Shown here one piece after another: positions 37,057 through 47,178 of a stretch of 64,000 nucleotides of DNA (within the stretch, counting starts at the first letter, position 1; each line of letters begins with the position of its first letter). Source of the stretch: Candidatus Spyradenecus sp. (lineage in GTDB: Bacteria; Verrucomicrobiota; Kiritimatiellia; RFP12; DVOR01); assembly GCA_045605345.1 (NCBI GenBank), contig JAZUPT010000009.1, positions 5,553 through 69,552 of the forward strand, read 5' to 3'. Below the pieces are notes generated by a model. The model was not told where the DNA came from, made no database searches, and worked only from the letters and a program-made list of their open reading frames with translations. Made by a program: the position numbers and the translations under genes.

Positions 37057-39077
37057 TATTCCAACAATTTAGACAAAAGCACCGATGGTGTTGGCGATGC
37101 GCCATGACCATCGGGGCTTTTGTGTTGCTTGGATGGAGTGCATGGATGGTGGCGCCATGGTGCGTTGAAGATCCATTGCCCGCGTTGCTTCAACGTCCTG
37201 CCGCACGCCTTTACACCGATGCTGAGGGAGTCCCGCTCTATGCCCACTCGGGTTACGACGCCCAATGGCGCTTTGACCTTACGTTGGCAGAGATCTCACC
37301 CGATGTCATCCGTGCCACACTCATCGCTGAAGATGCTCACTTCTATGATCACGCGGGGGTGGATTACGGCGCACTCCTGCGTGCCTTATGGCAAAACATC
37401 ACCTCTGGCGAGATTATCTCTGGCGCGTCCACCCTCTCTATGCAGGTCGCCTCGCTTGCGACTGGACGAAGACGTTCATTCTGGGGAAAATTCCTTCAAG
37501 CCGCCCGTGCTCGTAAGATGGAGCGCCATCATAGCAAGGATGAAATTCTCACCGCCTATCTCAATCACGCCCCTTACGGCGGCAAAATCACCGGTATTGA
37601 AGCCGCCGCTCGCTACTATTTCAATGCTACGGCAAAAGACCTTACCTTCGCCGAAGCCACCCTTCTCTGTGGTCTGCCCCAACGCCCCAATGCGCTTCGC
37701 CTTGACCGCCATCCACAGGCCGCCAAAAAGCGTCAAGAACGGCTTCTCAAAATGATGGTGCGTCGCCACTTACTCACCGAAGATGAGGCGCAAACCATCG
37801 CGAATAGCGCAGGGCTGCGTTGCCGAGACTACCGTTCGCCCGCAAGCTTCCAACGGATTGCTAAGCCCGATGAAAACCTCCATGCGCTCAAGGCAGGTTA
37901 CCCCGTCCGCGCAATTTGGCAGAGCCATGCACTCACCCTATTGCGCCAACAGCAATCGCAGTTGCCCCACGTGAAAGATGGCGCCTGCGTAGTCCTTGAT
38001 CGCCACGCACCACAAGCGCCCGTCATCTACCTCGGCACCCTCCACTTTGATGACCCCAAAGATGGCCAAGTTGATGCCGCGCGTGCCAAGCGAAGCGCAG
38101 GAAGCGTCCTCAAACCTTTCTTCTATGCCGCCGCGATTCAAGGGGGACTATTGGCGCCTGAAACGCAACTGCTTGATGCGCCTTTACGTTATGTTGACTA
38201 CGCGCCAGGAAATTACGATGGATCCTTTCAAGGATGGGTTAGCGCACGCACTGCACTTGCAGACTCATTAAACACCCCAGTCGTTCGCCTCTTGCAGACC
38301 TTAGGCGAAGCACGCACCAAAGACCTTTTCCAAGCGCTTGACTTGCCACTGGGTAATCAACCTGGACTTACCTTCGCCCTCGGCACAGGGGGCACTTCCC
38401 TTCTGCAACTCGTCAAAGCCTACCACCGCCTCCCCGAGGTCTTTTCTCCCGCTACCGCCACACTCATTGAGCACATGCTTCGTCGCCCACTCCCGCATAC
38501 GACTGTGGATGTCGCATGGAAAACAGGCACGGCCAACAACAACACCGATGCATGGTGCGTAGGATGGACGCCCGATTACGTTGTTGGTGTCTGGTTTGGC
38601 AATAAGCAGGGCCAACGGAGTGAAGCGCTTGTCGGCGTAAAAGCCGCCGCGCCCGTCGTGGGAGAACTCTTTAATCTCCTCTACAAAGAGCGTCCGCATC
38701 CCTTTTGGGAGGAACCCTCCACCACGCAAGCACTCTGTAAATCCTCTGGGCTTCGCGTTACCCAACACTGTACTGAGCGCTTTCAAGGCCACGTCCACCC
38801 CGACATTCCCCTTTTAGCATGTCGCTGTGGCCAACCCATCACCACCCACTCCCCACTCGTGCTCTCCCCCATCACCGCCACCTACTGCGGGGATCAAGTC
38901 ACCCTGCCACTCATCTCAAGCCGAAAAGCCACCCAATGGTTCCTCAATGGCTCCCCCGTTTCCGCTCCAACCCTCACCCTTTCGCCCGGCACCTACACCC
39001 TCCTTGCCATCGCAGGCGACCGCACCGAAACAACCACCCTCACCATTCTGCCAAAAGCGCAACGCTTCATCCGATAG
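37053..39077 (+). CDS. pbpC: penicillin-binding protein 1C
   Basis: EDAHFYDHAGVD and SGASTLSMQ transglycosylase motifs; GSVLKP, SLN and KTGT transpeptidase motifs; overlaps the A2M stop. Confidence 0.92.
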   Translation: MIFQQFRQKHRWCWRCAMTIGAFVLLGWSAWMVAPWCVEDPLPALLQRPAARLYTDAEGVPLYAHSGYDAQWRFDLTLAEISPDVIRATLIAEDAHFYDHAGVDYGALLRALWQNITSGEIISGASTLSMQVASLATGRRRSFWGKFLQAARARKMERHHSKDEILTAYLNHAPYGGKITGIEAAARYYFNATAKDLTFAEATLLCGLPQRPNALRLDRHPQAAKKRQERLLKMMVRRHLLTEDEAQTIANSAGLRCRDYRSPASFQRIAKPDENLHALKAGYPVRAIWQSHALTLLRQQQSQLPHVKDGACVVLDRHAPQAPVIYLGTLHFDDPKDGQVDAARAKRSAGSVLKPFFYAAAIQGGLLAPETQLLDAPLRYVDYAPGNYDGSFQGWVSARTALADSLNTPVVRLLQTLGEARTKDLFQALDLPLGNQPGLTFALGTGGTSLLQLVKAYHRLPEVFSPATATLIEHMLRRPLPHTTVDVAWKTGTANNNTDAWCVGWTPDYVVGVWFGNKQGQRSEALVGVKAAAPVVGELFNLLYKERPHPFWEEPSTTQALCKSSGLRVTQHCTERFQGHVHPDIPLLACRCGQPITTHSPLVLSPITATYCGDQVTLPLISSRKATQWFLNGSPVSAPTLTLSPGTYTLLAIAGDRTETTTLTILPKAQRFIR

Positions 39078-39295
39078 CAAACCCTCTCAGACAGACATGC
39101 TTATTTTCAAAATAAGAGATAGTCTTGTATCAAGATGGGAGCGAACACCGCACGTTGTTACCGAATTGGAAGGTTGCGTAGAGTGGTGCTACGTAATTGA
39201 ATCCAGGCGGGAGAGAGTCCTCCCGTTGTTACCGCACCTCAACCTACGTAGCACGGCATCTCTCTTCTTTCCAAGAAACGCAAGATTACAAAAAA

Positions 39296-39371
39296 TGCAA
39301 CGAACTTTTGTTGTATCACTACACTTTTTGCAACGAACTTTTGTTGAAGGGCTACACTTTTTACAGGGAAC
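39296..39371. repeat. tandem repeat with 33-bp period (about 2.3 copies)
   Basis: TGCAACGAACTTTTGTTG-N5-CTACACTTTT at 39296 and 39329; degenerate third start at 39362. Confidence 0.8.
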
Positions 39372-39409
39372 ATTGGGTAGGTGGTGCGTGAGGTGAGCTT
39401 TATAACAAT

Positions 39410-39439
39410 AAAAAAGGCACCGCGGAGGCGGTGCCTTTT
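39410..39439. terminator. terminator after yebC
   Basis: A6-GGCACCGC-GGAG-GCGGTGCC-T4. Confidence 0.8.
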
Positions 39440-39464
39440 GTTATGCGTTCTCACACGCGAAGAC

Positions 39465-40217
39465 TTATTCTTCAGCAGCAAGAGCGGCTTCCACTTCGTC
39501 AGAGAAATCTGCGGTGGTGTACACGTTCTGCACGTCTTCGTTATCTTCGAGGGCGGCGATGAACTTGTTGATAGCCTTAGCCTGAGCAACGTCGGTCACG
39601 GGGGTGGTGGCCATCGGCATGAGCTTGACTTCAGCATCAGCGGTTTCGATGCCAGCCTGGTTGAGGGCATCGCACACAGCGGTGAATGCGCTCGGAGCGG
39701 TAAGGATTTCGAAACCTTCATCGTCAGCGTTCACGTCGTCAGCGCCTGCGTCGAGAGCCATCATCATCACATCATCTTCGTTGAGGTCGCCCTTAGGAAG
39801 AAGGATCTGACCCTTACGTTCGAAATTACGGGTCACGGAACCGGACTGGCCGAGTTCAGAGCCGTTCTTCTTGAAGATGTTACGGATTTCTGCAGCAGCG
39901 CGGTTCTTGTTGTCGGTCAACACCTGAACGACGAGACCGACGGTACCTGCGTAACCTTCGTATGTGATTTCTTCGAGTGCTTCTGCCTGAAGTTCGCCGG
40001 TACCCTTCTTGATGGCGCGGTCGATGTTATCCTTCGGCATGTTGATGGACTTTGCCTTGGCGATGAGGTTACGCAAAGAGGGGTTGGTGTTCGGGTCACC
40101 GTTGCTCTTGGCGACGATCATGATTTCCTTTGCCAAACGGCTAAACATCTTACCACGCTTGGCGTCAGCTGCGCCCTTGGCGTGCTTAATGGTTGCCCAT
40201 TTACTATGTCCGCTCAT
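39465..40217 (-). CDS. yebC: YebC/PmpR family protein
   Basis: MSGHSKWATIKHAK, MPKDNIDRAIKK, TDNKNR, EDVQNVY. Confidence 0.96.
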   Translation of the reverse strand: MSGHSKWATIKHAKGAADAKRGKMFSRLAKEIMIVAKSNGDPNTNPSLRNLIAKAKSINMPKDNIDRAIKKGTGELQAEALEEITYEGYAGTVGLVVQVLTDNKNRAAAEIRNIFKKNGSELGQSGSVTRNFERKGQILLPKGDLNEDDVMMMALDAGADDVNADDEGFEILTAPSAFTAVCDALNQAGIETADAEVKLMPMATTPVTDVAQAKAINKFIAALEDNEDVQNVYTTADFSDEVEAALAAEE

Positions 40218-40478
40218 CTTCTCTCTTCCTTTCTTGAAGCTCGTATGAACACCGCCATTAAGGGGGAAATACCCTTGCGTCTTCCGCTAGCGGTTAAAAT
40301 GATTCGCGTATTGTATCACATCTATTACAAAAAAGGCAAATACCTTTCGCCGCACTCTAACGTAAAATCTCTATTGCCCCCAAACACAGTCAATGCCCTC
40401 TCTGCGAATGCGAGCCCTCGCTTCGTGGGGAGTGCTTTGACTTTGTCTTATCCACAAAATCTCTATTGGAAAGAATCA

Positions 40479-40507
40479 TTGCATCTTTCCCTTTTTTATC
40501 CTATAAT
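40479..40507 (+). promoter_or_regulatory. sigma70-type promoter of the hydrogenase operon
   Basis: TTGCAT-17bp-TATAAT. Confidence 0.75.
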
Positions 40508-40557
40508 GATAATGTCAAGTTTTGTTTCTATTCATCCATATTTGCAGGAGAGAGCAA

Positions 40558-40818
40558 ATGGCAGCAACAGTTACCGTCGAGATCTGCATGGGTACGACGT
40601 GTTATGTAATGGGCGGTGCGCAACTTGCAGGCATCGCAGAACGTCTTCCCGAAGAATGGAAAGACCGTGTTACCGTAAAGGGAATGCGTTGCGTAGGCGC
40701 TTGCCAACAGGCTGGTGTCTATGGTCGCGCCCCCTTTGTTCGCGTGAATGATGAGCTCATTGCCGAAGCAGACGAAGGCAAAGTGCTCAACGCAATTCGT
40801 ACGATTCTTGAAGCTTAA
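40558..40818 (+). CDS. thioredoxin-like [2Fe-2S] ferredoxin (NuoE-like)
   Basis: ICMGTTCYVMG...CVGAC...APFVRVN; RBS GGAG. Confidence 0.85.
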   Translation: MAATVTVEICMGTTCYVMGGAQLAGIAERLPEEWKDRVTVKGMRCVGACQQAGVYGRAPFVRVNDELIAEADEGKVLNAIRTILEA

Positions 40819-40833
40819 CCAAAGGAAACTGCC

Positions 40834-42279
40834 ATGTCCATTCCGATGATCAGTGAAGCCGACCGTTTACGCCGCGAAGTTTTGGCATACGTTATCAAGG
40901 CTGTCAAAGAAGGCAAGCACGAAGAGATTGATCGCATCCCGCTGAAGATGCGTCCGAAGGGTGCGCCCTCGTCGCGTTGCTGTATCTACAAGGACCGCGC
41001 AGCACTGCGTTATCGTTGCATGTCGGCGCTTGGTTTCCGCGTGGAGGATGAAACGGACGAACTGAAGACGTTGGCCTCCTATGCCGATGACACGAAGACC
41101 ACGCCCCCCGCTTGCGACCCCTTCCTCACCATTTTCCCGGATGCTTGCTCGGCTTGCATGGAATCGCAGATTATGGTGACCAATATGTGCCGTGGTTGCT
41201 TGGCGCGTCCTTGCACCAATATCTGCCCGCGCAAGGCTATCCAGGTGCGCAATGGTCGTGCACGTATTTCTCACGAACTCTGCATTAACTGCGGCAAGTG
41301 CGCTGAAGTGTGCCGTTATCACGCCATCATCCAGGTGCCGCTCGCTTGCGCAGATGCTTGTCCTGTTGGCGCAATCGGCAAGACCGATGATGGTCGCGTG
41401 ACGGTAGATGACGAAAAGTGCATCCGTTGTGGCCGTTGCATCAAGGCTTGCCCCTTCGCAGCAATCATGCAGAGCAACCAGGTGGCTCACGTCGTGCGTG
41501 ACATCAAGGAAGGCAAGAAGGTCATCGCTTTGGTCGCCCCCGCCATCAATGGCTTCTTCCCTGTTGAACCCGGCAAACTCTACGCCGCACTGAAGCAAAT
41601 CGGCTTCTCTGAAGTCCATGAAGTCGCACTCGGCGGTGATGACACCGCAATCGCCGAAGCAGCCGAATGGGCAGAACGCAAGGCTGAAGGTGCTCCCTTC
41701 ATGACCACCAGCTGCTGCCCTGCATGGATGGAATGCGTAGAACGTCACCTTCCAGAAATCAAGCCTTATGTGTCGCACACGCCCTCGCCGATGATCTTCT
41801 CTGATCGCCGCGCAAAGGCAATGTATCCCGACGCCGTCACCGTCTTCATCGGACCGTGCATGGCGAAGCGTACCGAAGCTCATAAGAAGGGCTCGCCCGA
41901 CTATGTGATCACGGCAGAAGAAGTGGGTGCATGGTTGATGGCTGAAAACGTGCAGTTGGATGACCTTGAAGCCATTCAGCCCGAACTCGGTGGCACGCAC
42001 TACGGCGCAGAATTCGCCATCAGTGGTGGCGTAGCCAACGCTGTAGCGCACTACTTGCCTGAAGGCGCTCCGAAACCCACCGTCTTCAAGATCAATGGCC
42101 TCAACAAGAAGAACATCGCCTTGTTGAAGGTCTTTGCGAAGACGAAGAAGGCGCCGGCAGACATCATTGAAATTATGGTCTGCCCCGGTGGCTGCGTTGC
42201 AGGTCCTTGCGCAATCGCCACGCCTGAAGACGCCACAAAGGCAATTCAGTCGCGCCGTCCAGAAGATTTTGAAGCATAA
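40834..42279 (+). CDS. [FeFe]-hydrogenase (group B-like) with N-terminal ferredoxin clusters
   Basis: H-cluster motifs TSCCPAW, GPCMAKRTE, EIMVCPGGCVAGP; several CxxCxxCxxxCP motifs. Confidence 0.92.
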   Translation: MSIPMISEADRLRREVLAYVIKAVKEGKHEEIDRIPLKMRPKGAPSSRCCIYKDRAALRYRCMSALGFRVEDETDELKTLASYADDTKTTPPACDPFLTIFPDACSACMESQIMVTNMCRGCLARPCTNICPRKAIQVRNGRARISHELCINCGKCAEVCRYHAIIQVPLACADACPVGAIGKTDDGRVTVDDEKCIRCGRCIKACPFAAIMQSNQVAHVVRDIKEGKKVIALVAPAINGFFPVEPGKLYAALKQIGFSEVHEVALGGDDTAIAEAAEWAERKAEGAPFMTTSCCPAWMECVERHLPEIKPYVSHTPSPMIFSDRRAKAMYPDAVTVFIGPCMAKRTEAHKKGSPDYVITAEEVGAWLMAENVQLDDLEAIQPELGGTHYGAEFAISGGVANAVAHYLPEGAPKPTVFKINGLNKKNIALLKVFAKTKKAPADIIEIMVCPGGCVAGPCAIATPEDATKAIQSRRPEDFEA

Positions 42280-42301
42280 GGTTTCATCGTCTTCTAATGT
42301 C

Positions 42302-42354
42302 AAAAGCCCCTAAAGCGTTCAATCAAATCATCCCCTGCGCTTTAGGGGCTTTTT
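42302..42354. terminator. terminator after the hydrogenase
   Basis: AAAAGCCCCTAAAGCG/CGCTTTAGGGGCTTTT perfect 16-bp stem. Confidence 0.8.
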
Positions 42355-42413
42355 ATCCTCTCAGATAGCCTTTCGCATCCTTCAAGTTCTCATACAGGCG
42401 CACACCGTTCACC

Positions 42414-42875
42414 ATGTCACGCAGGCTCCATCTATTCTGTTTTGTACTAACAGCTATGGCAATCCACTGCGGATTGCAGTGGATGCCCGATGCATGGATG
42501 ATGCCGCTTTTTTGTCGTCCGCCTGCGACTTGTGCCGCATTTTGGTTTGGTGTGCCATTGGATCCCACATCGCTCACCTACGTTGTCAATGATGTTACCT
42601 TTGAAATGGCGCGTAGTTGCTCAGGTGAGGGCTTTTTCTCAATCGCCTTTTCGCTTCTTCTTTGGCGCAAACCGAAATGGTGTTGGGCCGTGTTTCCCCT
42701 CACGCTCGTCTTAAATTCCCTCCGCGCCATCCTCACTGCCACCTTAACACTCTCCCTACACGGCAGCCGCTTTGAAAGCATCGCCCACCTAACCGCTGGT
42801 GCGGCAATCTTTATTTGTACCCTTTATCTACTTTGGTTTTTAACAGGAACTTCCCACCATGACACCCACGACTAA
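42414..42875 (+). CDS. small exosortase, XrtK-like
   Basis: 153 aa hydrophobic protein with RSCSG (Cys), LNSLR (Arg), IAHL (His); overlaps its likely target gene. Confidence 0.78.
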   Translation: MSRRLHLFCFVLTAMAIHCGLQWMPDAWMMPLFCRPPATCAAFWFGVPLDPTSLTYVVNDVTFEMARSCSGEGFFSIAFSLLLWRKPKWCWAVFPLTLVLNSLRAILTATLTLSLHGSRFESIAHLTAGAAIFICTLYLLWFLTGTSHHDTHD

Positions 42876-45291
42876 CCCTCCTCGCCCCCTTTTACAACGC
42901 CCCATTCTCCTCGTCCTTGTCCGCGTACTCCTGCCACTCTTGGCATTGGCGGCCATCGCCCTCATGCTCTGGCTCCACCCCCAAGGTGAAACGCCCGCAG
43001 ACACGTCACTCAAGTTAGCACATGATTATGACGGAGCCTATGCAGCAATTCCCTGCATCCTTGTCATTATTGCATCCGGGCTCTTCAGTTGTTTCACCCG
43101 ACGTTACGAACGCATCTCTACGTTTATCGCTTGGGCAGGCTCACTTGCGGCCTCCATCGCTCTCTTCTACTTCTCAGAGATAGCCGATAATCTTATGGCG
43201 AGTGACTTGCTCTGGGATGTTCCTTTTATCTGTAAGGCGACCCTCTGCTTTGGATTAATCACACCCCTCATTCTGACACTTTGGCAAGCGGTTTCCCGAC
43301 CGATTAAGCCCAATCTTTCCCCAATCTTGGATGCCATTGCCTCGCTTCTCTGTATGTTCGCCGTCTTCTTCGGTGGCCCTATTTGCGCCTACCTCTTATT
43401 TGAAATCGGTGTCCGAAACGAAGCCGTTTGGATTACAGGTTGTGTCTCCTACATCATGATTCTCCTCGCTGGTGTTTTGCACTTGTGTTGGATTATTGGC
43501 TCGTTTCACCTCAAACGTCTCGCCGCGCACGCCAACTACCGCAGAGGGTGGACCTTCATTGCCGCCTTTCTTCTCCCCCTGCTCGGGCTTCTGCTCAACC
43601 GAGTAGTCCCCTTCCCTGGCGACTTCCAGTCTCCTTGGAGTTATATCCTCACCACGCTGACCGCCCTTGTGCTCCTCTTGCCCGATAGCAAAGGCCTCTT
43701 CGGCAAACTCATCGCAATGGCACGTTGGGCCACCTTCCCCTTCACACTCTATTTCTTCATCGTCTTCCTGCCCTTTATGCCATTGGCCATCCCCGGCATA
43801 CTCACCTTTGGGCTTGGCATCTTACTCCTTGCCCCAACGGCACTTTTGAGCATCCATCTCCCCGCCCTACGCCATGCCAGTGCTTGCTTTTCCACCCGTT
43901 GGGCACGGGTGGCCGTGGCGATTGGGTGCAGCCTCATTCTTCCACTTCTCTTTCTTGCCTCCATTGAACGCGACCGCGCAAATGTCCGTCCCCTCATTAC
44001 CGCCATCGCAGAACCCAACACCACCGCTCCCTCCGACACACTTCCGATGGAAGAGGCGGCCGCCAAACGCGTTGCCGAGGCACTTCTTGACCGCAATTAC
44101 AACCAAGGTTTCCCCCTCCTTCGCCTCTGGGCCGACTATCGTCTCTTTGACGGCATGGCGCCTCGTGCCGACATCTTAGAATCCTTAATGCGTCGCTTCA
44201 ACCTTGAAAATGACGATCGCCTCTTTATCTGTGGCCGAAGAGCACAATCGCCATGGCGACAAATCCGCGCCAAGACCGCGACCGTTGAGACCGACTTACG
44301 CGGCGTGGGCACGACCCAACTCACGGTTGCCGTCACCATCCCTCAACTTGAATCCGCAGAAGAATTCCGCGCCCCCATCAAATTAGATGACGGCGTGTGG
44401 ATTACTGGCTTGCGTCTCAAAATGCCAAATGAGGGGCCGTGGCGTGATGGGCTTCTCTGTGACCGCCGTGCCGCCACATGGATTTACGAACGCCTCACCG
44501 AGAAAAATATTGACCCCGCTCTCCTCACCCTCGACACCCTTACACAGGGCACCCTGCGTGTCTCACCCGTAAACGAACCACGCCACGTTGAGATTGACCT
44601 CCTAATGCCCTCCCCGACCTGGAGCTCCACGCCGATCACCATCGGAGAGGTCGCCGTTACCGTGCCGGGTGTCCCAACGCCAGAGGTCAAGGACTCACGC
44701 CCCACCGCCACTGTCTGTTTCATCGGCCCCAAGGCTGAAGCGCCCTTGCCCGCCGCCACGCTCTATGTCACAGCAACGCCACTGATTACTGTCTCCGAAT
44801 CTGCCCCTGAAACACTCCCCACAGAGGGCGGGGTTGATGTGGCGCGTGCGCTGCGTTTCGCCCAAGGTGCCGCTTATGCACGCAATCTCCGCCTCACCGA
44901 AGCACACTTCGTGGGAGAGGGATGGGAAACAGCCACCTTCACCCCAGCCCCACCTCGACGCGCCCTCCCCACCCTGCCACCCGATAGCCCTTGGCAACAA
45001 GGTGCACAGGCCGCCCAACTCTCCGAAGCACTCTTACACGCCCCCCATCCAGAATATCTCGCCCCCTTGCAAGAAGCAATGAAAGCCTCCAAGGCTCTCA
45101 TGCCGCGCTTTGCCTACATCGTGGTTGAGACCGAAGCACAAGAACGCGCCCTTCGCACCTTAGATGCGATTGCCAACCAAGCCGATGCAGCCATGGACTT
45201 TGACACCCCCGTCAAACAATCCGCGCCAGCCTTCCTCCTGCTCTTACTTCCCCTCCTCCCCCTCATGCTTCGCAAAGGCACTAAATCGTAA
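42859..45291 (+). CDS. MSEP-CTERM-like protein with variant QSAP sorting signal
   Basis: Multi-TM N-half (LLPLLGLLLN..GDF..W), W.YE....IDPALL, YIVVETEAQ, then QSAP + TM helix + RK tail. Confidence 0.72.
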   Translation: MTPTTNPPRPLLQRPILLVLVRVLLPLLALAAIALMLWLHPQGETPADTSLKLAHDYDGAYAAIPCILVIIASGLFSCFTRRYERISTFIAWAGSLAASIALFYFSEIADNLMASDLLWDVPFICKATLCFGLITPLILTLWQAVSRPIKPNLSPILDAIASLLCMFAVFFGGPICAYLLFEIGVRNEAVWITGCVSYIMILLAGVLHLCWIIGSFHLKRLAAHANYRRGWTFIAAFLLPLLGLLLNRVVPFPGDFQSPWSYILTTLTALVLLLPDSKGLFGKLIAMARWATFPFTLYFFIVFLPFMPLAIPGILTFGLGILLLAPTALLSIHLPALRHASACFSTRWARVAVAIGCSLILPLLFLASIERDRANVRPLITAIAEPNTTAPSDTLPMEEAAAKRVAEALLDRNYNQGFPLLRLWADYRLFDGMAPRADILESLMRRFNLENDDRLFICGRRAQSPWRQIRAKTATVETDLRGVGTTQLTVAVTIPQLESAEEFRAPIKLDDGVWITGLRLKMPNEGPWRDGLLCDRRAATWIYERLTEKNIDPALLTLDTLTQGTLRVSPVNEPRHVEIDLLMPSPTWSSTPITIGEVAVTVPGVPTPEVKDSRPTATVCFIGPKAEAPLPAATLYVTATPLITVSESAPETLPTEGGVDVARALRFAQGAAYARNLRLTEAHFVGEGWETATFTPAPPRRALPTLPPDSPWQQGAQAAQLSEALLHAPHPEYLAPLQEAMKASKALMPRFAYIVVETEAQERALRTLDAIANQADAAMDFDTPVKQSAPAFLLLLLPLLPLMLRKGTKS

Positions 45292-45377
45292 TCGCAAACG
45301 GATTTAGTGTCACGCTGAACGAATTTGATAGGCGTAACGTAAAAACCTTGTTGCGCTTTTCTCCAAAGGAAGTTCCA

Positions 45378-46856
45378 ATGAAACTGCTTGGTAAAATCGC
45401 ACTCACCATCCTACTTTCACTCGTAGGACTCATGGCTTTGGCAGCAATTGCGTTCACCACATTTCTTTACATCGGAGGATGTGGTGATGCCAATACGCCC
45501 ACATTTGAAGATGCCGACCTCCACCTCACCTGTGAAGCACTCCCAGATGAAGACAATGCGTTTGTACACTTCGCCGCCGCAACGAATCATTATGCCGTAC
45601 TCAGTGATAACCAAACCGATGACCAATTAGATGATTATCGCTTTCTAAAAGGCTATAGCAAAGCCTTTCCAGAGAAGAACTCCTTTCACCAAAAAGCCCG
45701 TAACGAATCCCAAGCCGCGGCGCGAGCCGATGCGATCCTTGTATCGCACACCCCCCTCTTTGCGAAGCTTGCGGCGGGCATTCAATGCAAAGGCTATCGC
45801 ACAATTCCCTCCATGGAGGCAACGCCTGAACCTTCCGAACCTCCAGCCACCGCCCAATTTGTTGATTATGGAGCACTCTTATGTCTCAAAGCGCAACGCG
45901 AATTAGAGCGCGGTGATTTAGAGTCCGCCACCCAAACCATTGAACTCCTCTATGCCTTTGGTAAAAAAATGCTCACCCATACCGATGGCCTTCTCACCTC
46001 TCTCGTGGGCAAAACACTCAAACAGATGGCCTATCAGAAGATGATTGACGCCGCAGGCATGGGACTTCTAACCGATGAAATGACGACACGTTTTAGTGCC
46101 TGCGTGAATGCCGATCTGCACACCCTTCAAGCAGAGTATGAACGCACCCTCCGAGCAGAATATACCGTTGTCACGGTACGAATGGAGCAGTTTACAGTTG
46201 AACAAATCATCGCGGCAATGGATGCCCTGCAGGATGCCCTGCAGCAGATTTTTCCAGACGAGAAGCCCACATTCGCTGAACAATGCACAGCCTTCCTCAA
46301 CCGCACCCTCCTGCGTTGGCCGGGCTATCTACGCTTCTCGCTTCACCCTCGCTCCACACGCGTCCTGCTTGCAGACATTACACGAAAGGCCCTCCAAGGT
46401 TGCCCCCAAGAGCCCCTTCACACAACGACGAGTAACTTTACCCCCAATCACCTCGGGACCGAAACCATCTCAACGTTTGCAGAAACATGTAAGGGCATGG
46501 CGAACACTGCTAAACAGGACGCCTTCTTCTATGCGAAGACGCAGCTCATCTTAGCCACCATGAAGTGGCAACAACGTAATCGTGATGCTTTTCCACCCTC
46601 ATTAGAAGCCCTTGTTCCAGAATATCTCCCTGCGGTCCCCATTGATCCATTGAGCGCCGATGCACGTCCACTCGCCTACCATCCTGCCACAGGCACCGTA
46701 TGGACAGTCGGTGAAGCGGGTGAATTTGACGACCTCGAATACCTCAAAGCCTCCCCATCAGACCAAGCCTTTGGCACCCTCCGCTACGAACTGCAAGACA
46801 ATGCCTTCCGCCTCGACGGCCGCCCCCACCCACGCCCCATCCTCAAACGCCGATAA
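45378..46856 (+). CDS. hypothetical membrane-anchored helical protein with a GspG-like C-terminal motif
   Basis: N-terminal TM; FPPSLEALVPEYLPAVPIDP...LAY...VWTVG; RBS AAGGA. Confidence 0.65.
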   Translation: MKLLGKIALTILLSLVGLMALAAIAFTTFLYIGGCGDANTPTFEDADLHLTCEALPDEDNAFVHFAAATNHYAVLSDNQTDDQLDDYRFLKGYSKAFPEKNSFHQKARNESQAAARADAILVSHTPLFAKLAAGIQCKGYRTIPSMEATPEPSEPPATAQFVDYGALLCLKAQRELERGDLESATQTIELLYAFGKKMLTHTDGLLTSLVGKTLKQMAYQKMIDAAGMGLLTDEMTTRFSACVNADLHTLQAEYERTLRAEYTVVTVRMEQFTVEQIIAAMDALQDALQQIFPDEKPTFAEQCTAFLNRTLLRWPGYLRFSLHPRSTRVLLADITRKALQGCPQEPLHTTTSNFTPNHLGTETISTFAETCKGMANTAKQDAFFYAKTQLILATMKWQQRNRDAFPPSLEALVPEYLPAVPIDPLSADARPLAYHPATGTVWTVGEAGEFDDLEYLKASPSDQAFGTLRYELQDNAFRLDGRPHPRPILKRR

Positions 46857-47117
46857 TAAATTCCCATTGGCCACTCAATGCTTCCCCCTCGCGCCACACC
46901 TTACCGCGAACTACATAAAGCGCACGACAGCACCACGACACGATGATTGCCACCCCTGTGGATGCAGGCGCGTGTTTCTGCGAAGCCTATAAGCGCCTAT
47001 GCCGTTGGCTTGGCATTCCCGGTGCCTAAAGACTGTGACGCATGTGCAGGTTGCACGCCTCCATACGCACTGCGAAGTTCCTTCTTTTTCTTCTTAAGGG
47101 GCTGAATATCCCTTAAC

Positions 47118-47152
47118 AAAAAAATACAGCAGCCGCGGGAACGACTGCTGTA
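47118..47152 (-). terminator. terminator after the ankyrin gene
   Basis: TACAGCAG/CTGCTGTA stem with A7 on + (T tract on -). Confidence 0.75.
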
Positions 47153-47178
47153 GGTTAATCACTGAGCAATGGTTCGGC

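Noticed and set aside
40448-40456. Perfect DnaA box TTATCCACA upstream of the hydrogenase promoter
   Set aside because: A single isolated 9-mer could occur by chance in 64 kb.
39381-42303. 456-aa + ORF over yebC and 478-aa - ORF over the hydrogenase
   Set aside because: Both are antisense to well-supported genes and have no motifs.
46943-47029. 28-aa ORF MIATPVDAGACFCEAYKRLCRWLGIPGA
   Set aside because: It has no RBS or recognisable motif and cannot be supported from sequence alone.
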